Shown one piece after another: positions 22,187 through 32,770 of a stretch of DNA of 48,552 nucleotides. Position 1 is the stretch's first letter. Every line of letters starts with the position of its first letter. The stretch spans positions 1-48,552 of the forward strand of contig CABXFE010000004.1 in NCBI GenBank assembly GCA_902511425.1, read 5' to 3'. Made by a program: the position numbers and the translations under genes. Under the pieces are notes generated by a model. That model had not been told where the DNA came from. It worked only from the letters and a program-made list of their open reading frames with translations, and searched no databases. Source of the DNA: an uncultured SAR86 cluster bacterium. GTDB taxonomy: Bacteria; Pseudomonadota; Gammaproteobacteria; Magnimaribacterales; D2472.

Positions 22187-25100
22187 ATGCCACAACATAA
22201 TACACACACATCGTTATATCAAGAATCTCAAGCCAAGGATAATTGTGGTTTTGGACTAATCGTTAACCGACATGGAGTTCAAAATAGAGAAGTTGTAAAG
22301 CGTTCTATTGCAGGCCTAACCAGTATGACACACAGAGGGGCAATTGGAGCTGATGGTAAAACTGGCGATGGTTGCGGTCTTTTGTTTGATTTAAATCAAT
22401 CTTTCTTCAAAAAACAAATTAAAAAAGAGTTAAATATTAAATTACCTGAGTTATTTGGCATTGCACAAATTTTTTCTTCTGCATCATTAAAAAAAGATTT
22501 ACCAGCAATTAAAAAAATCCTTCAATCTGAAAATCTAATTTTTGAATGTATCAGAGAGGTGCCTATCAATAAATCTGTTCTTGGTGAGATAGCAATTGAA
22601 TCATTGCCTAAAATTAATCAGATATTCATAACACCAATTTCAAAAGATTTTAATAAAGAAAGATTTGAATCTTGTCTTTTGCAGGCTAGAAAGAAGATTG
22701 AAGAGTTGCATAACAATGACGAAAGGCTATACATCTGTAGCATGTCGAGCCAAACAATTGTATACAAAGGCTTAATGCTGCCTGATGCAATTAGTAATTT
22801 TTATACAGACATTGCAAAAAGATCATTCACTGCAAAGGTTTGTTTATTTCATCAAAGATTCTCTACAAATACTCAGCCAAGATGGCATTTAGCTCAACCT
22901 TTTAGGCTTCTTGCTCATAATGGTGAAATCAATGCAATCAGAGGAAACAGAAATTGGGTTAAAGCAAGAGCATCAAAATTTTCAACACCCTTAATTCCAG
23001 GCATAAGTAAATTCAAGTCACTTGTTAACGAAACAGGCTCTGACTCATCAGCATTAGATAACATGATTGAATTGTTGGTAAAGGGGGGCATAAATTTCTT
23101 CAGATCTATACGAATGGTCTTACCTCCAGCTTGGCAAAATATTCACACCATGGATCCTGAGGTAAGAGCGTTTCATGAATATAATTCAATGCATATGGAG
23201 GCTTGGGATGGCCCTGCTGGAATTGTTATGTCAGATGGGGAGTGGGCAATCTGTGTTTTAGATAGAAATGGATTGCGTCCAGCAAGATACCAAGTTTTAA
23301 ATAATGGAATGATCACAGTAGCTTCTGAAACTGGTATTTATCCAGTAGCTGATGAAGAGATTCTCCAAAAAGGTCGCCTAAGTCCTGGCGGAATTTTTGC
23401 AGTAAACACAGAATCTGGAGAAATTCTTGATCAAAAGATTATTGATGATCAGCTTAAACAGAGTAAGCCTTATAGAGATTGGCTCAAAAAATCTGCAATT
23501 TATCTTGAATCTACTTTGGATGCATTTGAGGGCCCTGGCATAAAGAAAATTCGACATTCGGAATTTATCAAATCATCAAAACTATTTTCTTTGTACAACG
23601 AAGAAAGAGTTTCTATAATAAAACCTCTTGCGCTTGATGGTCTTGAAGGCACTGGTTCCATGGGTGATGACACTGCATTGGCAATGCTAAGTTCAATGCC
23701 AAGATCTATATATGATTATTTCAGACAACAATTTGCACAGGTAACAAATCCACCGATTGATTCCCTAAGAGAGTCTAGCGTCATGTCATTAGAAGCATGC
23801 TTTGGTCCTGAATTGAACATCTTTGAGGAATCTAAAGATCATGCCAAAAGGATTGTTAGCACATCTCCGGTTCTGTCGCATAAAAAACTTTCAGCGTTAT
23901 TAAAAAATCCATATTTCTCCTCTAAAAATTTTGATTTGCAGTACTCACCCAAATCAAACCTCAAAGATGCTTTGAATGAATTAACAAAAAAAGTAGTTTC
24001 TGCTGTGCGAAAGGGAGAAATTATCATTCATTTAAATGAAAAATTACCCGATGGCAATAAGCTTTCAATCAATGCTTTGCTTGCAGTGGGTTGCATACAT
24101 CAAGAATTGGTAAGATTGGGACTCAGATCAGATGCCAACTTAATAGTGAGTTCTGCAACAGCCAGAGATACTCATCAAATTGCATGCTTGCTAAGCTTTG
24201 GAGCAACTGCTGTTTTCCCTTGGCTGGCTTTTCAAACAATCTTAGATTTAACTCATCGCAAGGAACTAAAGGGCAGCCCAACAGCCAACTGCGCCAAATA
24301 TCGAAAAGGCATTAATAAAGGGCTTTTAAAAATTATTTCTAAAATTGGCATTTCCACAATTTCCAGTTATCGGGGATCTCAGCTTCATGAGATCGTCGGC
24401 TTAAGTTCAGATATTGTAGATTTATCTTTTACCAATACTGTTAGTAGAGTTGGTGGCAAAACTTTTGAAGATCTAGATGTTGAGATGCGTTCGCTCAACA
24501 AATATGCAAATTCTAATGTAAGTGAGATTGGTCTAGGCGGTCTGTTGAAATTTGTGCATGGCGGCGAATATCACACTTATAATCCTGAGGTTGTAAAAAA
24601 ACTTCAGGAAGCAGTAAGCAAAGGGTCTATTCAAGCATATCAGGAGTATGCAGCGCTGGTTAATTTGCGAGACCCTGCAATGCTAAGAGATTTAATGATG
24701 GTTAAATTTCCTAAAAACCCACAAAAAGTTAAGCCTTACAATACAAAACTACTTCTTAAAAAATTTGATTCTGCAGGAATGAGTTTAGGCGCCTTGTCTC
24801 CAGATGCTCATGAAACATTGGCTGAAGCTATGAATAGCATGGGAGCGAGGTCAAATTCTGGTGAGGGTGGAGAAGCCAAGGAAAGGTATGGCACTTCCAA
24901 GATGTCAAAAATTAAACAAGTTGCATCTGGTCGTTTTGGCGTCACACCAGAGTATTTGGTGAACGCCGAGGTTTTACAAATCAAAATTGCACAGGGCGCA
25001 AAACCAGGAGAGGGTGGACAACTTCCCGGAGGGAAAGTAAATGAGTTGATTGCAAAGCTGCGCTATTCAACCCCAGGGATTACCCTCATTTCGCCTCCAC

Positions 25101-26635
25101 CCCATCATGATATTTATTCAATTGAGGATTTAGCGCAATTAATCTTTGATCTTAAGCAAGTTAATCCTAAAGCATTGGTTTCAGTTAAATTAGTATCTGA
25201 GCCAGGAGTAGGGACAATTGCAGCGGGTGTCGCAAAGGCATATGCAGATCTCATCACTATTTCTGGTCATGATGGTGGAACGGGTGCAAGTCCTTTATCT
25301 TCTATTCGTTATGCAGGCTCTCCGTGGGAGCTTGGGTTGTCCGAGGCTCATCAAGCCCTGAGAGCAAGTAATTTAAGACATAAAGTCAGACTGCAAGCTG
25401 ATGGTGGTTTAAAAACTGGATTAGATGTTGTCAAAGCTGCAATTCTTGGAGCTGAATCATTTGGTTTTGGAACAGGCCCTATGATTGCGATGGGTTGTAA
25501 ATATTTAAGAATTTGTCACCTTAATAACTGCGCAACTGGCGTGGCTACGCAAAGAAGAGATATTATTGATCATCACTACATTGGTGAAAAAGAGCGAGTC
25601 ATCAATTACTTCTCATTTATTGCAAATGAAGTGCAAGAAATTCTAGCTAAACTTGGGGTGCCTGACCTCGAGTCTATTATCGGTCAAACACAGTATCTTA
25701 AAGATATTACACAAGATAATCCCTCTACAGCAAATATCAATTTGTCTCCGATTTTGTATTCTGATAAAAAATTAACTTCCCCCCATTACTGCAATACTTT
25801 GTCAAATAATCCATGGGATAAAGGTAATTTAAATGTAAAAATTCTTCAGGATATCAAGCCTTTTATCGCTAAAGATCAAAAATCTGATTTCCATTATAAA
25901 ATTTCAAATCGAGACAGATCTGTTGGAGCACAAGCTTCTGGCTTTATAGCCTCTTTGTATGGTGAAAGAGGATTAAAGCAATCTCAAACCCTTAATTTTA
26001 CCGGGTCAGCCGGCCAAAGCTTTGGTGTTTGGAATGCAGCTGGATTAACTCTCAATTTAAATGGTGATGCAAACGACTATGTGGGTAAGGGCATGAATGG
26101 AGGCAAGATTGTAATTTCAAGCTCCGCTGAATTCGCCTCACAAAAATCTCCATCAGTATTAGTCGGTAACACTGCACTATATGGTGCGACCGGCGGCGAA
26201 CTTTATGTAGGTGGATGTGTGGGAGAAAGATTTGCGGTTAGGAATTCTGGTGCATCTGCTGTTATTGAAGGCGCAGGCGATCATTGTTGTGAATATATGA
26301 CTGGTGGGCATGTAACTGTTTTGGGGAATATAGGTGCTAATTTTGGGGCAGGCATGACGGGCGGTTTTGCATATGTTCTTGACACTGATCGAAGGTTCTT
26401 TGATCAATGCAATCGAAGTCTTATCAACCTTGATAGAATTGTCAGTGAAGAAATGGAGTCACACAGAAAATTTTTAAAACAAATCCTTGCTCGCCATATT
26501 AAAGAAACCAAGAGCGATAGAGCAAAATTAATCCTAGATGAATTCGATAGATTTGAACCCTCTTTTTGGTTAGTGTCACCTGCTGCTTTAAATATTCAAG
26601 ATCTTCTTAAAGCAACAACAGCTAACGCTGCTTAA
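22187..26635 (+). CDS. gltB: glutamate synthase large subunit
   Basis: DNCGFG N-terminal nucleophile, HQRFSTNT, AHNGEIN, EAWDGPA, IKIAQGAKPGEGGQLPG, CKYLRICHLNNCATG, GXGXG C-domain; 1482 aa. Confidence 0.99.
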   Translation: MPQHNTHTSLYQESQAKDNCGFGLIVNRHGVQNREVVKRSIAGLTSMTHRGAIGADGKTGDGCGLLFDLNQSFFKKQIKKELNIKLPELFGIAQIFSSASLKKDLPAIKKILQSENLIFECIREVPINKSVLGEIAIESLPKINQIFITPISKDFNKERFESCLLQARKKIEELHNNDERLYICSMSSQTIVYKGLMLPDAISNFYTDIAKRSFTAKVCLFHQRFSTNTQPRWHLAQPFRLLAHNGEINAIRGNRNWVKARASKFSTPLIPGISKFKSLVNETGSDSSALDNMIELLVKGGINFFRSIRMVLPPAWQNIHTMDPEVRAFHEYNSMHMEAWDGPAGIVMSDGEWAICVLDRNGLRPARYQVLNNGMITVASETGIYPVADEEILQKGRLSPGGIFAVNTESGEILDQKIIDDQLKQSKPYRDWLKKSAIYLESTLDAFEGPGIKKIRHSEFIKSSKLFSLYNEERVSIIKPLALDGLEGTGSMGDDTALAMLSSMPRSIYDYFRQQFAQVTNPPIDSLRESSVMSLEACFGPELNIFEESKDHAKRIVSTSPVLSHKKLSALLKNPYFSSKNFDLQYSPKSNLKDALNELTKKVVSAVRKGEIIIHLNEKLPDGNKLSINALLAVGCIHQELVRLGLRSDANLIVSSATARDTHQIACLLSFGATAVFPWLAFQTILDLTHRKELKGSPTANCAKYRKGINKGLLKIISKIGISTISSYRGSQLHEIVGLSSDIVDLSFTNTVSRVGGKTFEDLDVEMRSLNKYANSNVSEIGLGGLLKFVHGGEYHTYNPEVVKKLQEAVSKGSIQAYQEYAALVNLRDPAMLRDLMMVKFPKNPQKVKPYNTKLLLKKFDSAGMSLGALSPDAHETLAEAMNSMGARSNSGEGGEAKERYGTSKMSKIKQVASGRFGVTPEYLVNAEVLQIKIAQGAKPGEGGQLPGGKVNELIAKLRYSTPGITLISPPPHHDIYSIEDLAQLIFDLKQVNPKALVSVKLVSEPGVGTIAAGVAKAYADLITISGHDGGTGASPLSSIRYAGSPWELGLSEAHQALRASNLRHKVRLQADGGLKTGLDVVKAAILGAESFGFGTGPMIAMGCKYLRICHLNNCATGVATQRRDIIDHHYIGEKERVINYFSFIANEVQEILAKLGVPDLESIIGQTQYLKDITQDNPSTANINLSPILYSDKKLTSPHYCNTLSNNPWDKGNLNVKILQDIKPFIAKDQKSDFHYKISNRDRSVGAQASGFIASLYGERGLKQSQTLNFTGSAGQSFGVWNAAGLTLNLNGDANDYVGKGMNGGKIVISSSAEFASQKSPSVLVGNTALYGATGGELYVGGCVGERFAVRNSGASAVIEGAGDHCCEYMTGGHVTVLGNIGANFGAGMTGGFAYVLDTDRRFFDQCNRSLINLDRIVSEEMESHRKFLKQILARHIKETKSDRAKLILDEFDRFEPSFWLVSPAALNIQDLLKATTANAA

Positions 26636-26636
26636 T

Positions 26637-27710
26637 TTAATTTTTTAACCCTTTTTGAAGATTCGCTGAATTAAAAGAATTAGTCACTACTGCATTTGAT
26701 ATTTTATTTAACAGGACTATATTTAATTTACCTTTTTTCATTTTCTTATCTCTAAAAATATATGGTTTTAATTCTCCATACTTGTATTGCTTAAGAGAAA
26801 GATCAAATTCAAACATTTCTAATAAACTAATAACTTCTGTGTATTCTTTTTGTGAAATAAGATTTTCTAAATATGAAATTTTAGATGCGACTTTCATCCC
26901 CTTGGCAACAGCTTCCCCATGCAGAATTCTTTTATAATTACCATGTGCTTCTATAGCATGCCCAAATGTATGACCAAAATTCAAAATTGCACGGACTCCA
27001 TTCTCCTTCTCATCTTTTGTAACAATCTTTGCCTTAGTGTTTATGGATGCATATATTATCTCCTCAATAATATGTGGATCCATTGATAATATTTTTTTGG
27101 CATTTAATTTAAGCAATGAAAACAGAGGTTTATTTTTAATAAGAGCGTATTTAATAACTTCTGCTAATCCTGCCTTGAATTCTCTTTCAGGAAGGGTTTT
27201 AAGTACAGATGTTTCTATAATGACACCTTTTGGATTGTAAAAAGCTCCAACAAGATTCTTACCCGCTGCAATATTGATAGCAGTCTTGCCACCCACAGAA
27301 GAATCAACTTGAGAAAGCAGTGTTGTCGGTATCTGTATAAATTGAATGCCTCTTAGGTATGAACTCGCAACATAGCCAGAGATATCTCCTATAACTCCTC
27401 CGCCAATAGCAATTATCAAATCTGTTCTATCAAAATTTTTTTCTGCTAAGAAATTTAGTATTTTTTGAAAATTTTGAACGGACTTAGCTTTTTCTCCATG
27501 TTGAAGAATTATTTTAAAAACTTTGGTTGATGGCTTGCTAACACTAATTACTTTATTAAGAATCTTGGTTGGCACCCCATCATCTGAAATAATCAGTGTC
27601 TTTTTATGCTCTTTCAGCAGAGGAGTTAGATTTTTCTTAGATATAGCTTCTTTACTAATTAGAATCCTGTATCTGTTATTTTTTTGACCTGCAAATAACT
27701 CTTTAGCCAT
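26637..27710 (-). CDS. aroB: 3-dehydroquinate synthase
   Basis: GGGVIGD, IPTTLLSQVDSSVGGKTAIN, GKNLVGAF, LNFGHTFGHAIE, HGEAV. Confidence 0.98.
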   Translation of the reverse strand: MAKELFAGQKNNRYRILISKEAISKKNLTPLLKEHKKTLIISDDGVPTKILNKVISVSKPSTKVFKIILQHGEKAKSVQNFQKILNFLAEKNFDRTDLIIAIGGGVIGDISGYVASSYLRGIQFIQIPTTLLSQVDSSVGGKTAINIAAGKNLVGAFYNPKGVIIETSVLKTLPEREFKAGLAEVIKYALIKNKPLFSLLKLNAKKILSMDPHIIEEIIYASINTKAKIVTKDEKENGVRAILNFGHTFGHAIEAHGNYKRILHGEAVAKGMKVASKISYLENLISQKEYTEVISLLEMFEFDLSLKQYKYGELKPYIFRDKKMKKGKLNIVLLNKISNAVVTNSFNSANLQKGLKN

Positions 27711-28212
27711 AATTTTTAACTAGCTTCACAATTTCATTTGCAACCTCTGAGCCACTTTTATTCTCTGTATTGATTATGTGATCAGACACTTCTTCATAGA
27801 AGGACTGTCGAGATTTTTGTAGATCTGCCAAAACCTTTTCAGGATCTTGATCTTTTAAGAGCGGCCTGTCCTTATCTTTAGCTGTTCGCTCAACTTGAGT
27901 ATTTAGCGGAGTATGCAAGTAGAAAACAGTTCCTCTTGATGCCAACAGCTCTCTATTTTCTTCTTCAATAATAATGCCACCACCAGTAGCAAGAACAATC
28001 GAATTTAATGCAACCATTTCTTTTAACGTAGCAGTTTCTCTTTTTCTAAAACCAGCCTCACCCTCTATATCAAAAATCCAATCTATTGTGACGCCTGTAC
28101 TTTCTTCAATCTTTGCATCTGTATCGTGAAAGTCTAAAAATAGCTCGCCCGCCACAATTTTTCCAACAGTGGTTTTTCCAGATCCCATGGGACCAACAAT
28201 AAAAATATTCAT
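27703..28212 (-). CDS. aroK: shikimate kinase
   Basis: GPMGSGKTT P-loop, IFDIEGEAGFR.RE, ATGGG, DRPLL; overlaps aroB start. Confidence 0.97.
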   Translation of the reverse strand: MNIFIVGPMGSGKTTVGKIVAGELFLDFHDTDAKIEESTGVTIDWIFDIEGEAGFRKRETATLKEMVALNSIVLATGGGIIIEEENRELLASRGTVFYLHTPLNTQVERTAKDKDRPLLKDQDPEKVLADLQKSRQSFYEEVSDHIINTENKSGSEVANEIVKLVKNYG

Positions 28213-28321
28213 ACTTAGTTTTTTAAGTTGCAGATTCTATCATTTATAGGGGTAAAATAATTCTAATTCATGCATCAAAATATATTAGAGCTTCACTTAA
28301 AAATTTCATTACTTAAATTTT

Positions 28322-30748
28322 ATGTTCGTTAGATTAATTAATTGGACCTTATCCGCTGCTCTTTTTAGTACTCTCTTATCAATATTATTCATCGGAACTG
28401 GGTATCTTCTTGTAAAGCCAAGCCTGCCTGAGATTGATTTAGTTGATGAGGATGTTTTGCAAATACCTTTAAAAGTTTATACATCTGATGGGGTTCTTAT
28501 TGGAGAGTTTGGTGATCAAAAAAGAAGGACCATTGAATATGAAGACATCCCACTTAATTTAAAGAATGCATTTTTAGCCGCTGAAGATGATCAATTTTTT
28601 AAGCATCATGGCATAAGAATTACATCACTCATTAGAGCTGTATATCAAATGATTAAATCCGGAGAAATTGTGAGCGGCGGAGGTACAATTTCAATGCAGG
28701 TTGTAAGGGGTTACTTGTTATCTCGAGAGCAAAAAATTACTCGAAAGATCAAAGAAATTTATTTAGCTTTTGAATTAGAAAGTCATGCAAATAAAGAAGA
28801 GATCTTCTCTCTTTATTTAAATACTATCTTTTTAGGTAATAGGTCCTATGGAGTTGAGGCTGCAGCAAATAAATATTTTTCTAAATCTATAAATGAGCTA
28901 ACTCTTGCTGAATCTGCATTAATCGCTTCCTCAGCTCAACTTCCTTCAAGAATTAACCCTATTCGCTCCCCCGATAGATCACTCATTAGGCGCAACTGGA
29001 TTTTAGGAAGAATGTATAAGCTTGGATATATTGGTAGAGGACAGTTCTTAATTGCAAAGTCTGAGCCAATCAACTTAACGCAATTGGACTCAAGCTTTTC
29101 TTTAGATGGGAGATACATTGCTGAGATTGCTAGACAGGCAATGATTGATAGATATGGCCTATCAGCATATAGGGATGGGCTATCAGTTTTTACAACAATA
29201 GACTCTTCTCTGCAGAAGGCTGCTTTGGAAAGTATTTCTAATAATTTATATGCCTATGACAAGCGCCATGGTTGGAGAGAGCCTAAAAATATTTCGTTTA
29301 AAATTCCCGAATTTATTTTCAACGAATTGCAGGCTGGTAATTTAGATATTTTGTATCAAGAGTCAAATATATTGGACGCTTTAGGAATGAAACAGTTGAA
29401 TATATCCCTTTTAAGAGATTATTTTACTGAGCTTGTAAGTTTTGATAAACATTCAGTTGGGATGGTTATTGATGTTAAACCAGAAAGGGTAATCTATTTA
29501 AATAATGCTTTTAAAATAAAACAACTTCTTTGGGATGATTCATATAAATGGGCTAAGAAAAAAATAGATATAAATAAATTAGGCCCAAGCCCTCAAAATT
29601 TTTATGACATTCTGCGTATGGGCGATTTAATATATATAACTGAAATAAATGGAACTTTCTCTCTTGATCAAGTTCCTGATGCTGAGGTTGCATTTATTTC
29701 TACAGACCCTTCTAGTGGAGCAATCAAGACTTATGTTGGAGGATTAAATTTTTCAAATAGCAATTTTGATAGGGTAAAACAATCATATCCCCAATCAGGC
29801 TCTAGCTTTAAGCCTTTTATTTATGCTGCCGCTTTTGCTAATGGTTATAAGGCATCAGATAAAATTAATGATGCCCCAATAATATTTGAGGACTCTAATT
29901 TAGAGAGTAGCTGGAGGCCAGAAAATTATACAGGGAAATTTTATGGACCCATTAGACTTAGAGAAGCATTAGTTCAGTCAGTAAATTTAGTTTCTATAAA
30001 GTTATTAAGGGAAATGGGGATACCACTGACTCAAAATTATTTATCTAGGTTTGGCTTTCCAGTTTCTAGGCTTGCACCAGATTTATCATTAGCGCTTGGA
30101 TCATCAAGTTTCTCGCCTGCTGAGATGGTAAGGGCATACAGTATCTTAGCTAACTCTGAAGACCCCAAAGATTTATTTTTTATAGAGCGCGTGGTGGATA
30201 GAAATGGAAACACTATTTTTAACAATCCTCAAAGTGAAAATAAGAGAAAAAATATTGACGCATTTCCATGGTTTCAAACTCAGCTAACAGAGGAAATTAA
30301 ACCTTTCTATTTATTACCCCCCATTCAAAACAAAACATTGGATCCAATTGATCCAAGAGTTACTTTTATTACAAAAGATATTTTGCGTGAAGCGCTATCA
30401 AGAGGAAGTAATGGTCGTAAAACTAAAGTCTTGAGTAGGAGCGATATTGCAGGAAAAACTGGAACAACAAATGATGCTATAAGCACATGGTTCTCAGGTT
30501 TTCACAATAATTTAGTAACAACTGTTTGGATTGGAACTGATGATTTTTCTTCTTTGGGAGATAATGAGTATGGATCAAGCATCGCTCTACCCACCTGGGT
30601 TGATTTCATGAAAACAGCTCTTTTCAGCCTGCCTGAAGAAGACTGGAAAATTCCTGAAGGTTTGTCATATATCAGGATTGACCGTGAAACGGGCAGGCCA
30701 GTTGATGAAAGTAGTAAAAATTCTTATTTTGAGCTTTCTCTAGACTAG
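28322..30748 (+). CDS. mrcA: penicillin-binding protein 1A
   Basis: TM anchor; transglycosylase AEDDQF..HHG and RKIKE; transpeptidase SSFK, SVN, KTGT. Confidence 0.95.
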   Translation: MFVRLINWTLSAALFSTLLSILFIGTGYLLVKPSLPEIDLVDEDVLQIPLKVYTSDGVLIGEFGDQKRRTIEYEDIPLNLKNAFLAAEDDQFFKHHGIRITSLIRAVYQMIKSGEIVSGGGTISMQVVRGYLLSREQKITRKIKEIYLAFELESHANKEEIFSLYLNTIFLGNRSYGVEAAANKYFSKSINELTLAESALIASSAQLPSRINPIRSPDRSLIRRNWILGRMYKLGYIGRGQFLIAKSEPINLTQLDSSFSLDGRYIAEIARQAMIDRYGLSAYRDGLSVFTTIDSSLQKAALESISNNLYAYDKRHGWREPKNISFKIPEFIFNELQAGNLDILYQESNILDALGMKQLNISLLRDYFTELVSFDKHSVGMVIDVKPERVIYLNNAFKIKQLLWDDSYKWAKKKIDINKLGPSPQNFYDILRMGDLIYITEINGTFSLDQVPDAEVAFISTDPSSGAIKTYVGGLNFSNSNFDRVKQSYPQSGSSFKPFIYAAAFANGYKASDKINDAPIIFEDSNLESSWRPENYTGKFYGPIRLREALVQSVNLVSIKLLREMGIPLTQNYLSRFGFPVSRLAPDLSLALGSSSFSPAEMVRAYSILANSEDPKDLFFIERVVDRNGNTIFNNPQSENKRKNIDAFPWFQTQLTEEIKPFYLLPPIQNKTLDPIDPRVTFITKDILREALSRGSNGRKTKVLSRSDIAGKTGTTNDAISTWFSGFHNNLVTTVWIGTDDFSSLGDNEYGSSIALPTWVDFMKTALFSLPEEDWKIPEGLSYIRIDRETGRPVDESSKNSYFELSLD

Positions 30749-30753
30749 GATGC

Positions 30754-31326
30754 TTAATGTTTAAATATACTGCTAGATAAAAGCGACCAATAATTTTCAA
30801 TATAGCTGCTTGGTATCTCCTTAAATTTATTTCTAATAAACCTAGAAATTACACCTTCCATTATTGAAGTAATAAGATGAGCGCTTTGGCCTGGAGTAAG
30901 TTGCAAAGCATCTTTTTTTGAAGAAAGTAATTGCTTGATTGACAGCTCCAATCTTTCATAGAACTGATTTACAGAATCAATAACATTTTGCTCACTTGGC
31001 CCCAATGCTTCTCGGGATAGAATACGTGCAAAACCCTTATTTTTTTCTAGAAATATTGCATAAAAAAAGAATATTAATCTAACTTTTTCTTCAGGATCAA
31101 TATCTGCATCTTTTTTTATTTCCCCGACTTTTTGAAAAATTGTTTGGTCACAAAAAGAAAATAGTTCTAAAAATATAGACCTTTTACTAGGGAAATGCCT
31201 GTAAAGAGCTGCTTCAGTTATTCCGCTCTCTGCTGCAAGAACAGCCGTTGTAACCTTCGTAGCATCTCTTTCTTCTAAGAGCTTTGCCAGGCTCTGGAGA
31301 ATAATTTGTTTTCTGTCTTTTGACAT
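30754..31326 (-). CDS. slmA: nucleoid occlusion factor (TetR family)
   Basis: RKQIILQSLA.LLE...KVTTA.LA...GITEAALYRHFPSK; E.N.GF.RIL; follows algC. Confidence 0.85.
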   Translation of the reverse strand: MSKDRKQIILQSLAKLLEERDATKVTTAVLAAESGITEAALYRHFPSKRSIFLELFSFCDQTIFQKVGEIKKDADIDPEEKVRLIFFFYAIFLEKNKGFARILSREALGPSEQNVIDSVNQFYERLELSIKQLLSSKKDALQLTPGQSAHLITSIMEGVISRFIRNKFKEIPSSYIENYWSLLSSSIFKH

Positions 31327-31330
31327 AGCT

Positions 31331-32704
31331 TTAGCTTATATCAATCTGAATTGTTTCATCAATTAATTTTAATTGATCAAGAAACATATTTTTTATATCT
31401 TTTAATCGAGAAGAAGTTTTGGCTTCAAATCTAAGGACAAGTTTTGGAGTTGTATTAGACGCCCTCATTAAACCCCATCCATCGTCAAAATCCACTCTTA
31501 AGCCATCAATAGTAACTTTGGTGCCTCCCTCAAATTGAGCCTTATCAACAAAGTTTTTCACTATTTCAAATTTCTTCTCTTCGTCAACATTAATATTTAG
31601 CTCGGGGGTAGAGTGAGCTTTGGGAAGTTGATCTAAGATTGTTGAGAGAGGAATTTTCAAGCCATTCATAATTTCTAACAATCTAAAAGCAGAATAATGC
31701 CCGTCATCGAAACCATGCCACTGGTCATTGAAAAATATGTGACCACTCATTTCACCGGCAAGTGGAGCATTGGTCTGTTTAAGAGTGTTTTTTATATGAA
31801 AATGACCTGTTGGAGACATCAGTGGAATACCTCCATATTCTTCAATAACATTGCTTAATAAATTCGTGCACTTCACATCAAAAACTATTTCTTTGCCAGG
31901 AAAATTTTTTAAGACATCTTTGGCAAAGATCATCATGAGTTGATCGGGAAAAATAACTTCACCTTTATCAGTTACAACTCCAAGCCTATCTCCATCTCCA
32001 TCAAATGCTATTCCCACATCAGCAGAATTTTCTTTCACTGCTTGAACTAAATCTTTGAGGTTTTCTACTTTTCCTGGATCAGGGTGATGGTTGGGAAAGT
32101 TCCCATCAATCTCACAGTAGAGTTCAATCACCTCATAACCTAACGAGCGAATTAGTTTTGGTGCAATTTCACCGGCTGAACCATTGCCACTATCTAGAAC
32201 AACCTTAATTTTTTTTGCTTTCTTTGAACTCTGTAATAGCACTTCTTTTATGTATTCATCTCCTAGATCTTTTTTGTGGACTTCCTTGCCAATATTTTTT
32301 TTATTGATTGGTTTATCAGATAGCAAAGTTAAAATCTCAAGCCCTGAAATTGGAACATCATTAATTACTATTTTAAAACCATTATAGTTTTTTGGATTAT
32401 GGCTACCTGTAATCATAATTCCTGATTTTGAAGGCAGTTTTTTAGCAGCGAAATATAGAAGAGGACTAGTGACTATCCCAACATTAACAACATCAATTCC
32501 AATAGATCGAAGTTCTTTCGAAAGAAGATTTAATATTCTTTCTCCAGATAAACGCCCGTCTCTTCCAAGAGCCAGCTCATCAATATTTTCATCATTGCAT
32601 TTTTGAGCAATTGCATGAGATATTAATTTAATAGAGTGCTCATTGATTTGAGAGGGAACAATCCCTCTGATGTCATATTCTCTGAAAATGGATTCGTCAA
32701 TCAT
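31331..32704 (-). CDS. algC: phosphomannomutase/phosphoglucomutase
   Basis: IFREYDIRG, ITGSHNP, FDGDGDR, GEMSGH, RASNTTP. Confidence 0.93.
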   Translation of the reverse strand: MIDESIFREYDIRGIVPSQINEHSIKLISHAIAQKCNDENIDELALGRDGRLSGERILNLLSKELRSIGIDVVNVGIVTSPLLYFAAKKLPSKSGIMITGSHNPKNYNGFKIVINDVPISGLEILTLLSDKPINKKNIGKEVHKKDLGDEYIKEVLLQSSKKAKKIKVVLDSGNGSAGEIAPKLIRSLGYEVIELYCEIDGNFPNHHPDPGKVENLKDLVQAVKENSADVGIAFDGDGDRLGVVTDKGEVIFPDQLMMIFAKDVLKNFPGKEIVFDVKCTNLLSNVIEEYGGIPLMSPTGHFHIKNTLKQTNAPLAGEMSGHIFFNDQWHGFDDGHYSAFRLLEIMNGLKIPLSTILDQLPKAHSTPELNINVDEEKKFEIVKNFVDKAQFEGGTKVTIDGLRVDFDDGWGLMRASNTTPKLVLRFEAKTSSRLKDIKNMFLDQLKLIDETIQIDIS

Positions 32705-32770
32705 AGGAATTTTAATTTCATTATTAGGGTTGTTTTGTCATAATAACTGAGACTTAAAATCATACACAAC

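Noticed and set aside
23937-23948. SlmA-binding-site-like sequence (TGCAGTACTCAC)
   Set aside because: Only a partial match to GTGAGTACTCAC, inside gltB coding sequence
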